Shown piece by piece: positions 10,429 to 18,824 of a stretch of 64,000 nt of DNA. The notes under the pieces were generated by a model. It did no database searches, was not told where the DNA came from, and was given only the letters and a program-made list of their open reading frames with translations. Origin of the DNA: Candidatus Latescibacterota bacterium (GTDB taxonomy: Bacteria > Latescibacterota > UBA2968); contig OZ242195.1 in the NCBI GenBank assembly GCA_965205975.1, forward strand, positions 1,792,001 to 1,856,000, given 5' to 3'. Within the stretch, counting starts at the first letter, position 1, and each line of letters begins with the position of its first letter. The position numbers and the translations under genes were made by a program.

Positions 10429-11442
10429 CTAACCCGTCATACCTTCCAACTGCAATACATCGCTCAAATGACAGCGCACCGCCTGCCCTGGCGCGATCTC
10501 GCGTAATTCTGGAACTTCCTCCTTACACCGATCCTCAGCATAAGGACAGCGCGGATGAAACGCGCATCCCGAAGGCGTATCCCCGGGATCCGCCACCTCG
10601 CCAGAAAGTAAAACGCGCTTCTTCTTGCGTTTGGGATCTGGATTGGGCACCGCCGACAAAAGTGCCTCGGTATAGGGATGCGCGGGACTTTGAAAAAGCT
10701 GATCAACCGGCGCCAATTCCACAACCTTACCCACATACATCACAGCCACGCGGTCAGAAATATGGCGCACCACACTCAAATCGTGCGCGACAAACAAATA
10801 CGTCAACCCGAACTGTTCTTGCAATTCCTGAAGCAAATTGAGCACCTGCGCCTGCACAGAGACATCCAGCGCGGAAACGGGTTCATCCGCCACGATCAAC
10901 CTGGGATGCAATGCCAGTGCCCTCGCAATGCCAATACGCTGCCGCTGCCCCCCGCTAAAAGCGTGTGGATACCGCCGCAAAAAATGGGGATTCAACCCCA
11001 CCTGAGCGAGCAATTCCCGCACGCGCGTCTCCCGCTCAAGACGATCTGCAACTCCATTGACCAGCAACGGTTCACCAATAATATCGAGCACCGTCATACG
11101 CGGATTCAAGGAGGCATAAGGGTCTTGAAAAATCATCTGCATATCTCGGCGCAGAGACTTGAGCACATCATGAGGTGCCTGTGCAACATTGACCTCCTCA
11201 CTGTCTCTGCGGAACCACACCTCGCCAGCCGTGGGAGCTATCGCCCGCAAAATCGTGCGCCCAACCGTTGTTTTACCCGATCCGCTTTCCCCAACCAGCC
11301 CCAGGCACTCCCCTTCAAACAAATCAAAACTCACGCCATCTACGGCCTTGACCTGACCGACAACCGTATTAAAAAAACCGCGCGTAATGGGAAAATACTT
11401 TCTCAAATCGCGCACCCGCAACAGGGCGTTCTGTTCACGCAT
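10429..11442 (-). CDS. Oligopeptide/dipeptide ABC transporter ATP-binding protein (OppF/DppF type)
   Basis: [25 protein letters not shown]-terminal GCAFHPRCP. Confidence 0.93.
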   Translation of the reverse strand: MREQNALLRVRDLRKYFPITRGFFNTVVGQVKAVDGVSFDLFEGECLGLVGESGSGKTTVGRTILRAIAPTAGEVWFRRDSEEVNVAQAPHDVLKSLRRDMQMIFQDPYASLNPRMTVLDIIGEPLLVNGVADRLERETRVRELLAQVGLNPHFLRRYPHAFSGGQRQRIGIARALALHPRLIVADEPVSALDVSVQAQVLNLLQELQEQFGLTYLFVAHDLSVVRHISDRVAVMYVGKVVELAPVDQLFQSPAHPYTEALLSAVPNPDPKRKKKRVLLSGEVADPGDTPSGCAFHPRCPYAEDRCKEEVPELREIAPGQAVRCHLSDVLQLEGMTG

Positions 11443-12442
11443 CGCGCACATCCTCTCCATAGAGCACACACGCAACCCCATGCCCATCCTCAACAGCGAA
11501 CAATTCTGGCCTATCGCCCGCATTGCACACCCCGTCCTGCGCCACGTCACATCGCGGATGGAAAGGACACCCCTGCAATTGCGTATAGGGATTGGGCACG
11601 GACCCCCTGATCGTTTGCAACCGCGTCTTTCTCGCCTGACTCATTCCTGGGATAGACTGCATCAGCGCCTGCGTATAGGGGTGTTTGGGATTTTCAAAAA
11701 TCTCCTCTGTCGCCGCGTGTTCCACAATGCGCCCCATATACATCACCGCAACCTCATCTGCCATTTCTGCAACCACGCCCAAATCGTGTGTAATCAGCAT
11801 AATCGACATCTGAAATTCGTCTTGCAAATCGCGCATCAAATCCAGTATCTGCGCCTGAATGGTGACATCTAATGCCGTCGTGGGTTCATCGGCAATCAAC
11901 AGCGACGGACGGCACGAAAGCGCCATGGCAATCATCACGCGCTGTCGCATCCCACCGCTCATCTCGTGCGGATATTGTGCAAACCGTCGATCCGCATCTG
12001 GAATCCCAACCCGATCCAGCATATTTACGGCGAGTGACCGCGCTTCTTCACCCCGCAAATCGAGATGCAGCCGAATCGCCTCAACAATTTGAAATCCCAC
12101 CGTATGCACCGGACTCAGCGACGTCATCGGCTCCTGAAAAATCATCGCAATCTCATGCCCGCGAATCGCGCGAATATCCTCGCCCTCCTCGTCCAGATCC
12201 GTCAAATAAATCTCGCGGTCTGGACGGTGCAAAACAATCTCACCCGCCACAATCCGCCCGGGCGATGACACCAGGCGCAAAGCCGAAAAAGCCGTCACGC
12301 TCTTCCCGCACCCACTCTCCCCCACAATCCCCACCGTCTTCCCCCGGGGAATATCCATCGTCACACCATCCACTGCGCGAACCGTTCCCTCATCGAGAAA
12401 AAAGTGCGTCTTCAAATTATTTATGGTCAACACATTGTCCAA
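11435..12442 (-). CDS. Oligopeptide/dipeptide ABC transporter ATP-binding protein (OppD/DppD type)
   Basis: [32 protein letters not shown]. Confidence 0.93.
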   Translation of the reverse strand: MDNVLTINNLKTHFFLDEGTVRAVDGVTMDIPRGKTVGIVGESGCGKSVTAFSALRLVSSPGRIVAGEIVLHRPDREIYLTDLDEEGEDIRAIRGHEIAMIFQEPMTSLSPVHTVGFQIVEAIRLHLDLRGEEARSLAVNMLDRVGIPDADRRFAQYPHEMSGGMRQRVMIAMALSCRPSLLIADEPTTALDVTIQAQILDLMRDLQDEFQMSIMLITHDLGVVAEMADEVAVMYMGRIVEHAATEEIFENPKHPYTQALMQSIPGMSQARKTRLQTIRGSVPNPYTQLQGCPFHPRCDVAQDGVCNAGDRPELFAVEDGHGVACVLYGEDVRDA

Positions 12443-12466
12443 ATCACACGGCTCCCTTTGCCCGCG

Positions 12467-13306
12467 CTATGAATCCCTTTGCACCCTTCTAAACCGACCC
12501 CCTTGCTCTCTATCTTGCTCTCTTTGCTCTTTAGACCGAGAGTATGATGACCTGCGTCTTGGTCTTTTTGCCCGCGCTATAAACGCCTTTGCACCCTCTT
12601 GCAGCCACCCGGTGCTATTCACCAGCAGCATCTGTACCCCGGCAGCGGCAAATTTGCCCACATTATCCGACGAGGTCATCGTACCCGCAACACGCCCCGA
12701 CGCGATAATCTTCGCAAGCGCGTCGTCAATTGTCTTTTGCACCACTTTATTTTCCAAATCGCCAATATATCCCATCGACGCCCCCAGATCTGAAGGCGCG
12801 ACAAAAAATACATCGACCTGATCCACAGTCAGGATCTCATCCAAATTCTCCACCGCGACGATGTCTTCAATCAAAATGGTGAGCAACACCTCGTCATTGG
12901 CCTTTGCAAAATAATCCGCAACCCCATAGCCCTGCCGGCTCGTGAACATACCGCGCTGACCAATGGGTGCAAACCGACCCCCCGCCACGACATTTTCCGC
13001 TTCTTCGCGCGTATTCACATGCGGCACCACAATACCCTGCGCCCCCCTGTCCAGCGTGCGATAAATAAGCGTCTGATCGTTGCGATTCACGCGCACAATC
13101 GACGTCATGCCCCACAGATCACAGGCGCGCGTGAGATTGCCCAACTCGTCAAAAGCCATGGGGCCGTGCTCCCCCTCAATCCATATCCCATCAAAATTTG
13201 CGGGACCAAATGCGTCGATATCATCCGCGTGCGTAAATCCACCGGCGATATACGCCTGTTCGCCGCGTCGCAACTTGTGTTTTACCCGATTCTGTCGAAG
13301 TTCCAT
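12467..13306 (-). CDS. HpcH/HpaI class II aldolase family protein
   Basis: WIEGEHG, LDRGAQGIVVPHV, IED, FVAPSDL motifs. Confidence 0.88.
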   Translation of the reverse strand: MELRQNRVKHKLRRGEQAYIAGGFTHADDIDAFGPANFDGIWIEGEHGPMAFDELGNLTRACDLWGMTSIVRVNRNDQTLIYRTLDRGAQGIVVPHVNTREEAENVVAGGRFAPIGQRGMFTSRQGYGVADYFAKANDEVLLTILIEDIVAVENLDEILTVDQVDVFFVAPSDLGASMGYIGDLENKVVQKTIDDALAKIIASGRVAGTMTSSDNVGKFAAAGVQMLLVNSTGWLQEGAKAFIARAKRPRRRSSYSRSKEQREQDREQGGRFRRVQRDS

Positions 13307-13318
13307 AAGTCTAATCCC

Positions 13319-14454
13319 CTAACGTGAATAAGGATCGGCGGCGTCGCGCAGACCGTCGCCGACAAAATTAAATGCGAGAACAGTAATAATCACAAAAATC
13401 ACAGGCGTCAAAAGCCACGGCTGAAAAGCCACAGCCTGAACATTTTGCGCCTCTTTCAACAGCACCCCCCAACTCGTCACCGGCGGACGCAACCCAAGAC
13501 CGAGAAAACTCAGCGAAGTCTCGCCCAAAATCATACCCGGCACAGCGAGCGTCAAACTCACGATAATATGGCTCATAAACGAAGGCAGCAGATGCCGCGT
13601 CATAATCCGCCAGCGACTCGCGCCGGCAAGCAGCGCAGCAGTTGCAAAATCCTCCTCGCGCAACGACAAAATTTTTCCGCGCACCTGCCGCGCCAAACCC
13701 GTCCATCCAATAAAAGACAACACAACCGTAATGCCCATATAGATCTGCAAGGGCGACCACGACGAAGGCAGTGCCGCAGCCAGAGCCATCCACAGCGGAA
13801 TAGACGGAAAAGACCTGAGAATCTCAATCCCGCGCTGAATGAGATTGTCGATCCAACCCCCGTAGTACCCGGACACCACGCCGATCACCAGACCAAACAC
13901 AAAACTCAGTGTCACCCCCACCAGCCCTATCGTCAGCGAAATGCGCGAACCGTAAATAATCCTCGAAAGCAAATCCCGCCCGAGATGATCCGTCCCCAAC
14001 AGAAAAAGCGTCCCCCCATCATCAACGCCAAAAGATGGACATCCGTCTCAAACAAGCCCCAGAACCGATAGGGCGCGCCCCGCACAAACAACCGTACGGC
14101 ATAGCGCTGTGAGCGGTCTTCGATATAGAACTTCCGAAGCGTTTCCGGATGTCGCACGCCCTTGATCCCATACACAAACGGCCAGAAATGCACGCCCTCA
14201 TCCGACACAAATTGCAAACGCTGGGGCGGGGCAAACGCATAGGCAACCTGCCGATGATTGAGCGTATAAGGCGCCAAAAACTCGCAAAACACAGCCACCA
14301 CATAAAGCGCGACAATAACCATACCCGCAGCCATCGCCAGGTGGTGCTTGCGAAACTTCCACCACATCAACTGCCACTGAGACGCGGCATAAGCCTCCGT
14401 TTCCCCGGTCTGAACATCTCGCTCGACCACCTCTTCCCGCTTGGGCATAGCCAT
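13319..14454 (-). pseudogene. Oligopeptide ABC permease (OppC/DppC type) split by a 1-bp frameshift near 14030
   Basis: ORFs 13933-14454 and 13319-13999 join as ...ETDVHLFGVDDGGTLFLLGTDHLGRD... if the A run at 14030-14033 had one more base. Confidence 0.85.
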
Positions 14455-15450
14455 CTAATGCTCCCCCTCTTCGTAGCGAATACGCGGATCGAGCCACAAC
14501 AACAAAATGTCTGAAATGAGCGTACCGACAAGCGTCAACAGGCTCAACATCATCACCATACTGCCCGCCAGATACATATCCTGATTCATAAGCGCGCGCA
14601 ACAACAGCGGTCCCGTCGTCGGCAAGCCCAACACCACCGACGTAATCGTCGCCCCAGACACAATGCCCGGCAAAACCCATCCCACAGTACTGACGAGCGG
14701 ATTGAGCGCCACGCGCACCGGATACCGCATCAACAACACCCAGTAGCGCACGCCTTTGGCGCGGGCAGTCATCACGTATTGTTTCCGCAATTCATCCAGC
14801 AAATTGCCCCGCATCACCCGTATCAATCCCGCCGTACCCGACGTGCCAATCACAATCACAGGGATCCACAAATGCCAGAGCAAATCGAGAAATTTGCCAA
14901 AGGACCACGCCGCACTCTGATACTCCGGTGAAAACAGACCGCCTGCACTCACCCCAAACACGGAATACCCGATGTACATAAAAACGAGCGCGAGTAAAAA
15001 ATTGGGCGTAGCAAGCCCGATAAAACCCAAAAACGTAAAACAATAATCCGGCAGTGAATACTGCTTCACAGCCGAATAAATCCCAACTGGAATCGCCAGT
15101 GCCCACGTCACCAGCAGCGTCACAATCGAAATAATAGACGTCAGCAAAATGCGTTCGCCAATCAGCTCTGTCACGGGCCGATTCCACTCAAACGACATCC
15201 CCAAATCGCCCCGCACCATGCCTTTCAACCACCGCCAGTATTGCACTATAAAAGGCTGATCGAGATTGTACCGCGCCCGCAGTGCCGCAGCCTGCGCCTC
15301 ATCCACCGTCTCTCCCGTCTCACCCAGCGCAGCAATATACGACGTGAGATAATCCCCTGGTGGAAGCTGGATAATTGAAAACGAAATGAATGAGATGATA
15401 ACCATTGTGGGGATCATCCACAACAGGCGTTTGACGATGAGAATGAGCAT
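14455..15450 (-). CDS. Oligopeptide ABC permease (OppB/DppB type)
   Basis: LPPGD, GDLGMS, EAA-type YVMTARAKG, DPRIR terminus. Confidence 0.93.
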   Translation of the reverse strand: MLILIVKRLLWMIPTMVIISFISFSIIQLPPGDYLTSYIAALGETGETVDEAQAAALRARYNLDQPFIVQYWRWLKGMVRGDLGMSFEWNRPVTELIGERILLTSIISIVTLLVTWALAIPVGIYSAVKQYSLPDYCFTFLGFIGLATPNFLLALVFMYIGYSVFGVSAGGLFSPEYQSAAWSFGKFLDLLWHLWIPVIVIGTSGTAGLIRVMRGNLLDELRKQYVMTARAKGVRYWVLLMRYPVRVALNPLVSTVGWVLPGIVSGATITSVVLGLPTTGPLLLRALMNQDMYLAGSMVMMLSLLTLVGTLISDILLLWLDPRIRYEEGEH

Positions 15451-15514
15451 ATAAAAATTTCCTGGGAGGTAAAAAAACTATCCGCAGATGAATAAAAATA
15501 AAAATATTTTGAAT

Positions 15515-16093
15515 TCAGCCATTATGGTCTTCAGACCCTTCTCGTGCCCGTTGCAATAATTCAGACAAATTTAGAGATTCCGCCCAGTGCTTCAGGTAAT
15601 CCCAATCTAACCTGTCGCCCTGTACTTTCAATATACCCGATACATCCCGTAATTGTCGGTCTGAAACTTCGCCACCTTTTCGATACCAGATCAATTTTTG
15701 CAGTACAATATCCTCTGGCGTTGCCACGACCAATTGCGTGCCAGCAATGGTCTGCGACCTTCGACGACGCATTTCTTCACGGTCAATCGCTTCAGAACCA
15801 GGTACAAAAATATCTACCTTAATCATTGTTTCGAGATGGATAACATTGAAGGAACTGTGCCGAGAAACAGCGCGAATAACATCTTCTTCTTCGATGTAAA
15901 ATGCGTTTTGGGTATTTGCAATGAGAGCTTGAATATGGTGATTCTTCAGTTCTGCAACCATGTCGATATCCTGTGTGGCGCGAGGCTCTCCGTAGATGGA
16001 ACTGGCAATTGACCCGCCCACCAGATATGGAATATCCAGGTTTTCAAAAATTTCAGCCATTTGCAGAGCGACGCACAGGGGTTCAGAAATCAC
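15515..16093 (-). CDS. Nucleotidyltransferase-fold protein (DUF6036-like)
   Basis: YLVGGSIAS...PRATQDID, VATPEDIVLQKL, RDVSGIL; probable GTG start at 16093, adjacent to the upstream stop. Confidence 0.8.
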   Translation of the reverse strand: MISEPLCVALQMAEIFENLDIPYLVGGSIASSIYGEPRATQDIDMVAELKNHHIQALIANTQNAFYIEEEDVIRAVSRHSSFNVIHLETMIKVDIFVPGSEAIDREEMRRRRSQTIAGTQLVVATPEDIVLQKLIWYRKGGEVSDRQLRDVSGILKVQGDRLDWDYLKHWAESLNLSELLQRAREGSEDHNG

Positions 16094-16094
16094 C

Positions 16095-16361
16095 TCAATA
16101 GCCCTCTTTGTGTGGGTCCCAGCCAAATGCTTTAATCATGGTCTGCCGGGGGAGCCGCAACGCGCCGAGGCGAAGGCGAATTTCTCGCTCATCTGCTTCG
16201 GGATACCGGCTGCGAATGCCCGAAATTGCAAGGTCTGTACACGCCTGAGAGAGTTGGGATATTTTTTCGGCTTTTTCGTGTGGTGTCATTCGCCGATACG
16301 CTTCAATGAGCAGGCGTTCTACCCTATGATTCGTGTCCCGCGATTGTGTTTTATAAGCCAT
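16095..16361 (-). CDS. Small helical partner protein (putative antitoxin) of the nucleotidyltransferase
   Basis: 88 aa, SRDT...LIEAYRRMTPHEK...GIRSRYPEA pattern; directly upstream of the NTase gene. Confidence 0.7.
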   Translation of the reverse strand: MAYKTQSRDTNHRVERLLIEAYRRMTPHEKAEKISQLSQACTDLAISGIRSRYPEADEREIRLRLGALRLPRQTMIKAFGWDPHKEGY

Positions 16362-16393
16362 ACGACTCTCCAGCTATTTGGGTTTTGATATTT

Positions 16394-16511
16394 CAATATA
16401 CGACGTGAGGTAATCCCCCGGTGGAAGCTGGATAATTGAAAACGAAATAAATGAAATAATCACCATTTTGGGAATCATCTACAACAGGCGTTTGATAATG
16501 AGGACGAGCAT
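16394..16511 (-). pseudogene. Dead 5' fragment of the OppB-type permease gene (duplicate of 15333-15450)
   Basis: Translates MLVLIIKRLL*MIPKMVIISFISFSIIQLPPGDYLTSYI; TGG to TAG at codon 11; upstream leader also duplicated. Confidence 0.9.
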
Positions 16512-16716
16512 GTAAAAATTTCCTAGAGGTAAAAAACAACCACAAAAACTATCCGCAGATGAACGCAGATAAAAGGCGAAAGGGCAATCCAACCCCGAAT
16601 CAGGATTTACAGGATTAAATGAGGGCAGGATTAGCGGTCATCAACGAACACAGGCACACACGTCATTCCTGTGCATGCCGTAGGCAGGGCTTAATAGCCA
16701 CTCTCAGGAATCCAAG

Positions 16717-18543
16717 CTATGAGATTAAGGGAATTCCGGAAAAGCCAGAAACTATTGGTATTAGTAGAGACTTTAAAATTTCCATGGCTGAACTAGCTGC
16801 AAAACTAGAAAAAAAATTTTCTACCCATCGCTTCAATCGCTCCCTTCCGTTGCCATCCCCAGAGTTTATTGAGGCTAGTTCTTTGATGTGTTCTTCAATG
16901 TGTTCTTCAATGTGTTCTTTAATGTGTTCTTTAATGTGTTCTTTAATATGTTTTTCAAGCAACTTAACGAGTTCAGCAACCTTATTCCATTCGGGACTCT
17001 CAGCGGTAATATGTTTTTCAAGCTGCTTAACGAGTTCAGCAACCTTATTCCATTCGGGACTCTCAGCAGTTTTTTGGTCTAGTTCGGCAAGATGCTTTTT
17101 GGCCTGCTCAACAAATCTCTGAACCCTATCCTTATAGTCTTTTGACAGTGCATCTATAGTATCTTGGATATTTTCATTAGCGAGAGACTTTATCTTTGTC
17201 CCGTTTTTCTTAGTCTCAGTCTCAAGGGTGGTAATGCGGTCTGTCGCTTCAGTAAGGGAGGTGTTGCTACTTTCCATATCAGTCTCAAGGGTGGAAACGC
17301 GATCTGTCGCTTCAGTAAGGGAAGTGTTGCTACTTTCCATATCAGTCTCAAGGGTGGAAACGCGATCTGTCGCTTCAGTAAGGGAGGTGTTGCTACTTTC
17401 CATATCAGTCTCAAGGGTGGAAACGCGATCTGTCGCTTCAGTAAGGGAAGTGTTGCTACTTTCCAAACCAGTCTCAAGGGTGGTAATGCGGTCTGTCGCT
17501 TCAGTAAGGGAGGTGTTGCTACTTTCCAAACCAGTCTCAAGGGTGGAAACGCGATCTGTCGCTTCAGAAAGGGAGGTGTTGCTACTTTCCAAACCAGTCT
17601 CAAGAGTAGAAACGCGATCCGTCACTTCAGAAAGGGAGGTGTTGCTACTTTCCATATCAGTCTCAAGAGTAGAAACGCGATCTGTCGCTTCAGTAAGGGA
17701 GGTGTTGCTACTTTCCATATCAGTCTCAAGGGTGGTAATGCGGTCTGTCGCTTCAGTAAGGGAAGTGTTGCTACTTTCCATATCAGTCTCAAGGGTGGTA
17801 ATGCGATCTGTCGCTTCAGAAAGGGAGGTGTTGCTACTTTCCATATCAGTCTCAAGAGTAGAAACGCGATCCGTCACTTCAGTAAGGGAGGTGTTGCTAC
17901 TTTCCAAACCAGTCTCAAGAGTAGAAACGCGATCTGTCGCTTCAGTAAGGGAGGTGTTGCTACTTTCCATATCAGTCTCAAGGGTGGAAACGCGATCTGT
18001 CGCTTCAGTAAGGGAGGTGTTGCTACTTTCCAAACCAGTCTCAAGAGTGGTAATGCGATCCGTCACTTCAGAAAGGGAGGTGTTGCTACTTTCCAAACCA
18101 GTCTCAAGAGTAGAAACGCGGTCTGTCGCTTCAGTAAGGGAGGTGTTGCTACTTTCCAAACCAGTCTCAAGGGTGGAAACGCGATCCGTCACTTCAGAAA
18201 GGGAGGTGTTGCTACTTTCCATATCAGTCTCAAGAGTAGAAACGCGGTCTGTCGCTTCAGTAAGGGAGGTGTTGCTACTTTCCAAACCAGTCTCAAGGGT
18301 GGAAACGCGATCCGTCACTTCAGAAAGGGAGGTGTTGCTACTTTCCATATCAGTCTCAAGAGTAGAAACGCGATCCGTCACTTCAGTAAGGGAGGTGTTG
18401 CTACTTTCCAAACCAGTCTCAAGAGTGGTAATGCGGTCTGTCGCATTTGCCACATCACCTATGGCGAGGATTGCCAATATCATCGCCATTAATGCCATAA
18501 CGATCAAGATAATCCCTAACATCACCATCAAAGTCGTCTCCAT
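16717..18543 (-). CDS. Membrane-anchored coiled-coil protein built from 21-aa tandem repeats
   Basis: GGAG RBS, N-terminal hydrophobic helix, 19 SSNTS-containing repeats plus a partial unit, heptad-spaced hydrophobic residues. Confidence 0.8.
   Translation of the reverse strand: METTLMVMLGIILIVMALMAMILAILAIGDVANATDRITTLETGLESSNTSLTEVTDRVSTLETDMESSNTSLSEVTDRVSTLETGLESSNTSLTEATDRVSTLETDMESSNTSLSEVTDRVSTLETGLESSNTSLTEATDRVSTLETGLESSNTSLSEVTDRITTLETGLESSNTSLTEATDRVSTLETDMESSNTSLTEATDRVSTLETGLESSNTSLTEVTDRVSTLETDMESSNTSLSEATDRITTLETDMESSNTSLTEATDRITTLETDMESSNTSLTEATDRVSTLETDMESSNTSLSEVTDRVSTLETGLESSNTSLSEATDRVSTLETGLESSNTSLTEATDRITTLETGLESSNTSLTEATDRVSTLETDMESSNTSLTEATDRVSTLETDMESSNTSLTEATDRVSTLETDMESSNTSLTEATDRITTLETETKKNGTKIKSLANENIQDTIDALSKDYKDRVQRFVEQAKKHLAELDQKTAESPEWNKVAELVKQLEKHITAESPEWNKVAELVKLLEKHIKEHIKEHIKEHIEEHIEEHIKELASINSGDGNGRERLKRWVENFFSSFAASSAMEILKSLLIPIVSGFSGIPLIS
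16879..17070. repeat. 12-bp repeat x6 (16879-16950) and a second, unrelated 63-bp duplication (16944-17070)
   Basis: Encode (K/E)EHI repeats and TAESPEWNKVAELVK(Q/L)LEKHI x2. Confidence 0.9.
17218..18444. repeat. 63-bp coding tandem repeat, about 19.5 copies
   Basis: Contiguous near-identical units with no unique spacers. Confidence 0.97.
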
Positions 18544-18569
18544 GACACACTCCTTATGGATATAAAACG

Positions 18570-18767
18570 CTAAAATTCTCCTGGCGTGCCTCTTGCGTGA
18601 CCTTCTGCAATATTCGATGAAATAGAAATTCTTGCACGCCGCATCTGACTGATCAAGCCAAACTTTTCCTGCTCTGGAAACTTTTCTGTTGCACGATAAA
18701 GTTCTTTAGCCAACACAATGCCCTGTTTCCAAACTTCAAGATCGCGATAACTTCTAATGCCCTTCAT
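18570..18767 (-). pseudogene. Truncated four-helix-bundle protein (23S rRNA IVP family)
   Basis: SYRDLEVWK...FPEQEKFGLISQMRRA...SNIAEG; stops after 65 aa, roughly half the usual family length. Confidence 0.85.
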
Positions 18768-18824
18768 ACACCACCTTCCCACTTACAACCACCAACCAGC
18801 CCCAACTCTTAATCCCCAGCCTCC

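Noticed and set aside
17218..18444. CRISPR array
   Set aside because: Units are contiguous 63-mers with no unique spacers, stay in frame within one ORF, and no cas genes are present
17164..18565. Long plus-strand ORFs (442 and 445 aa)
   Set aside because: Shadow frames kept open by the stop-free repeat; the minus-strand ORF has the RBS, TM anchor and unique termini
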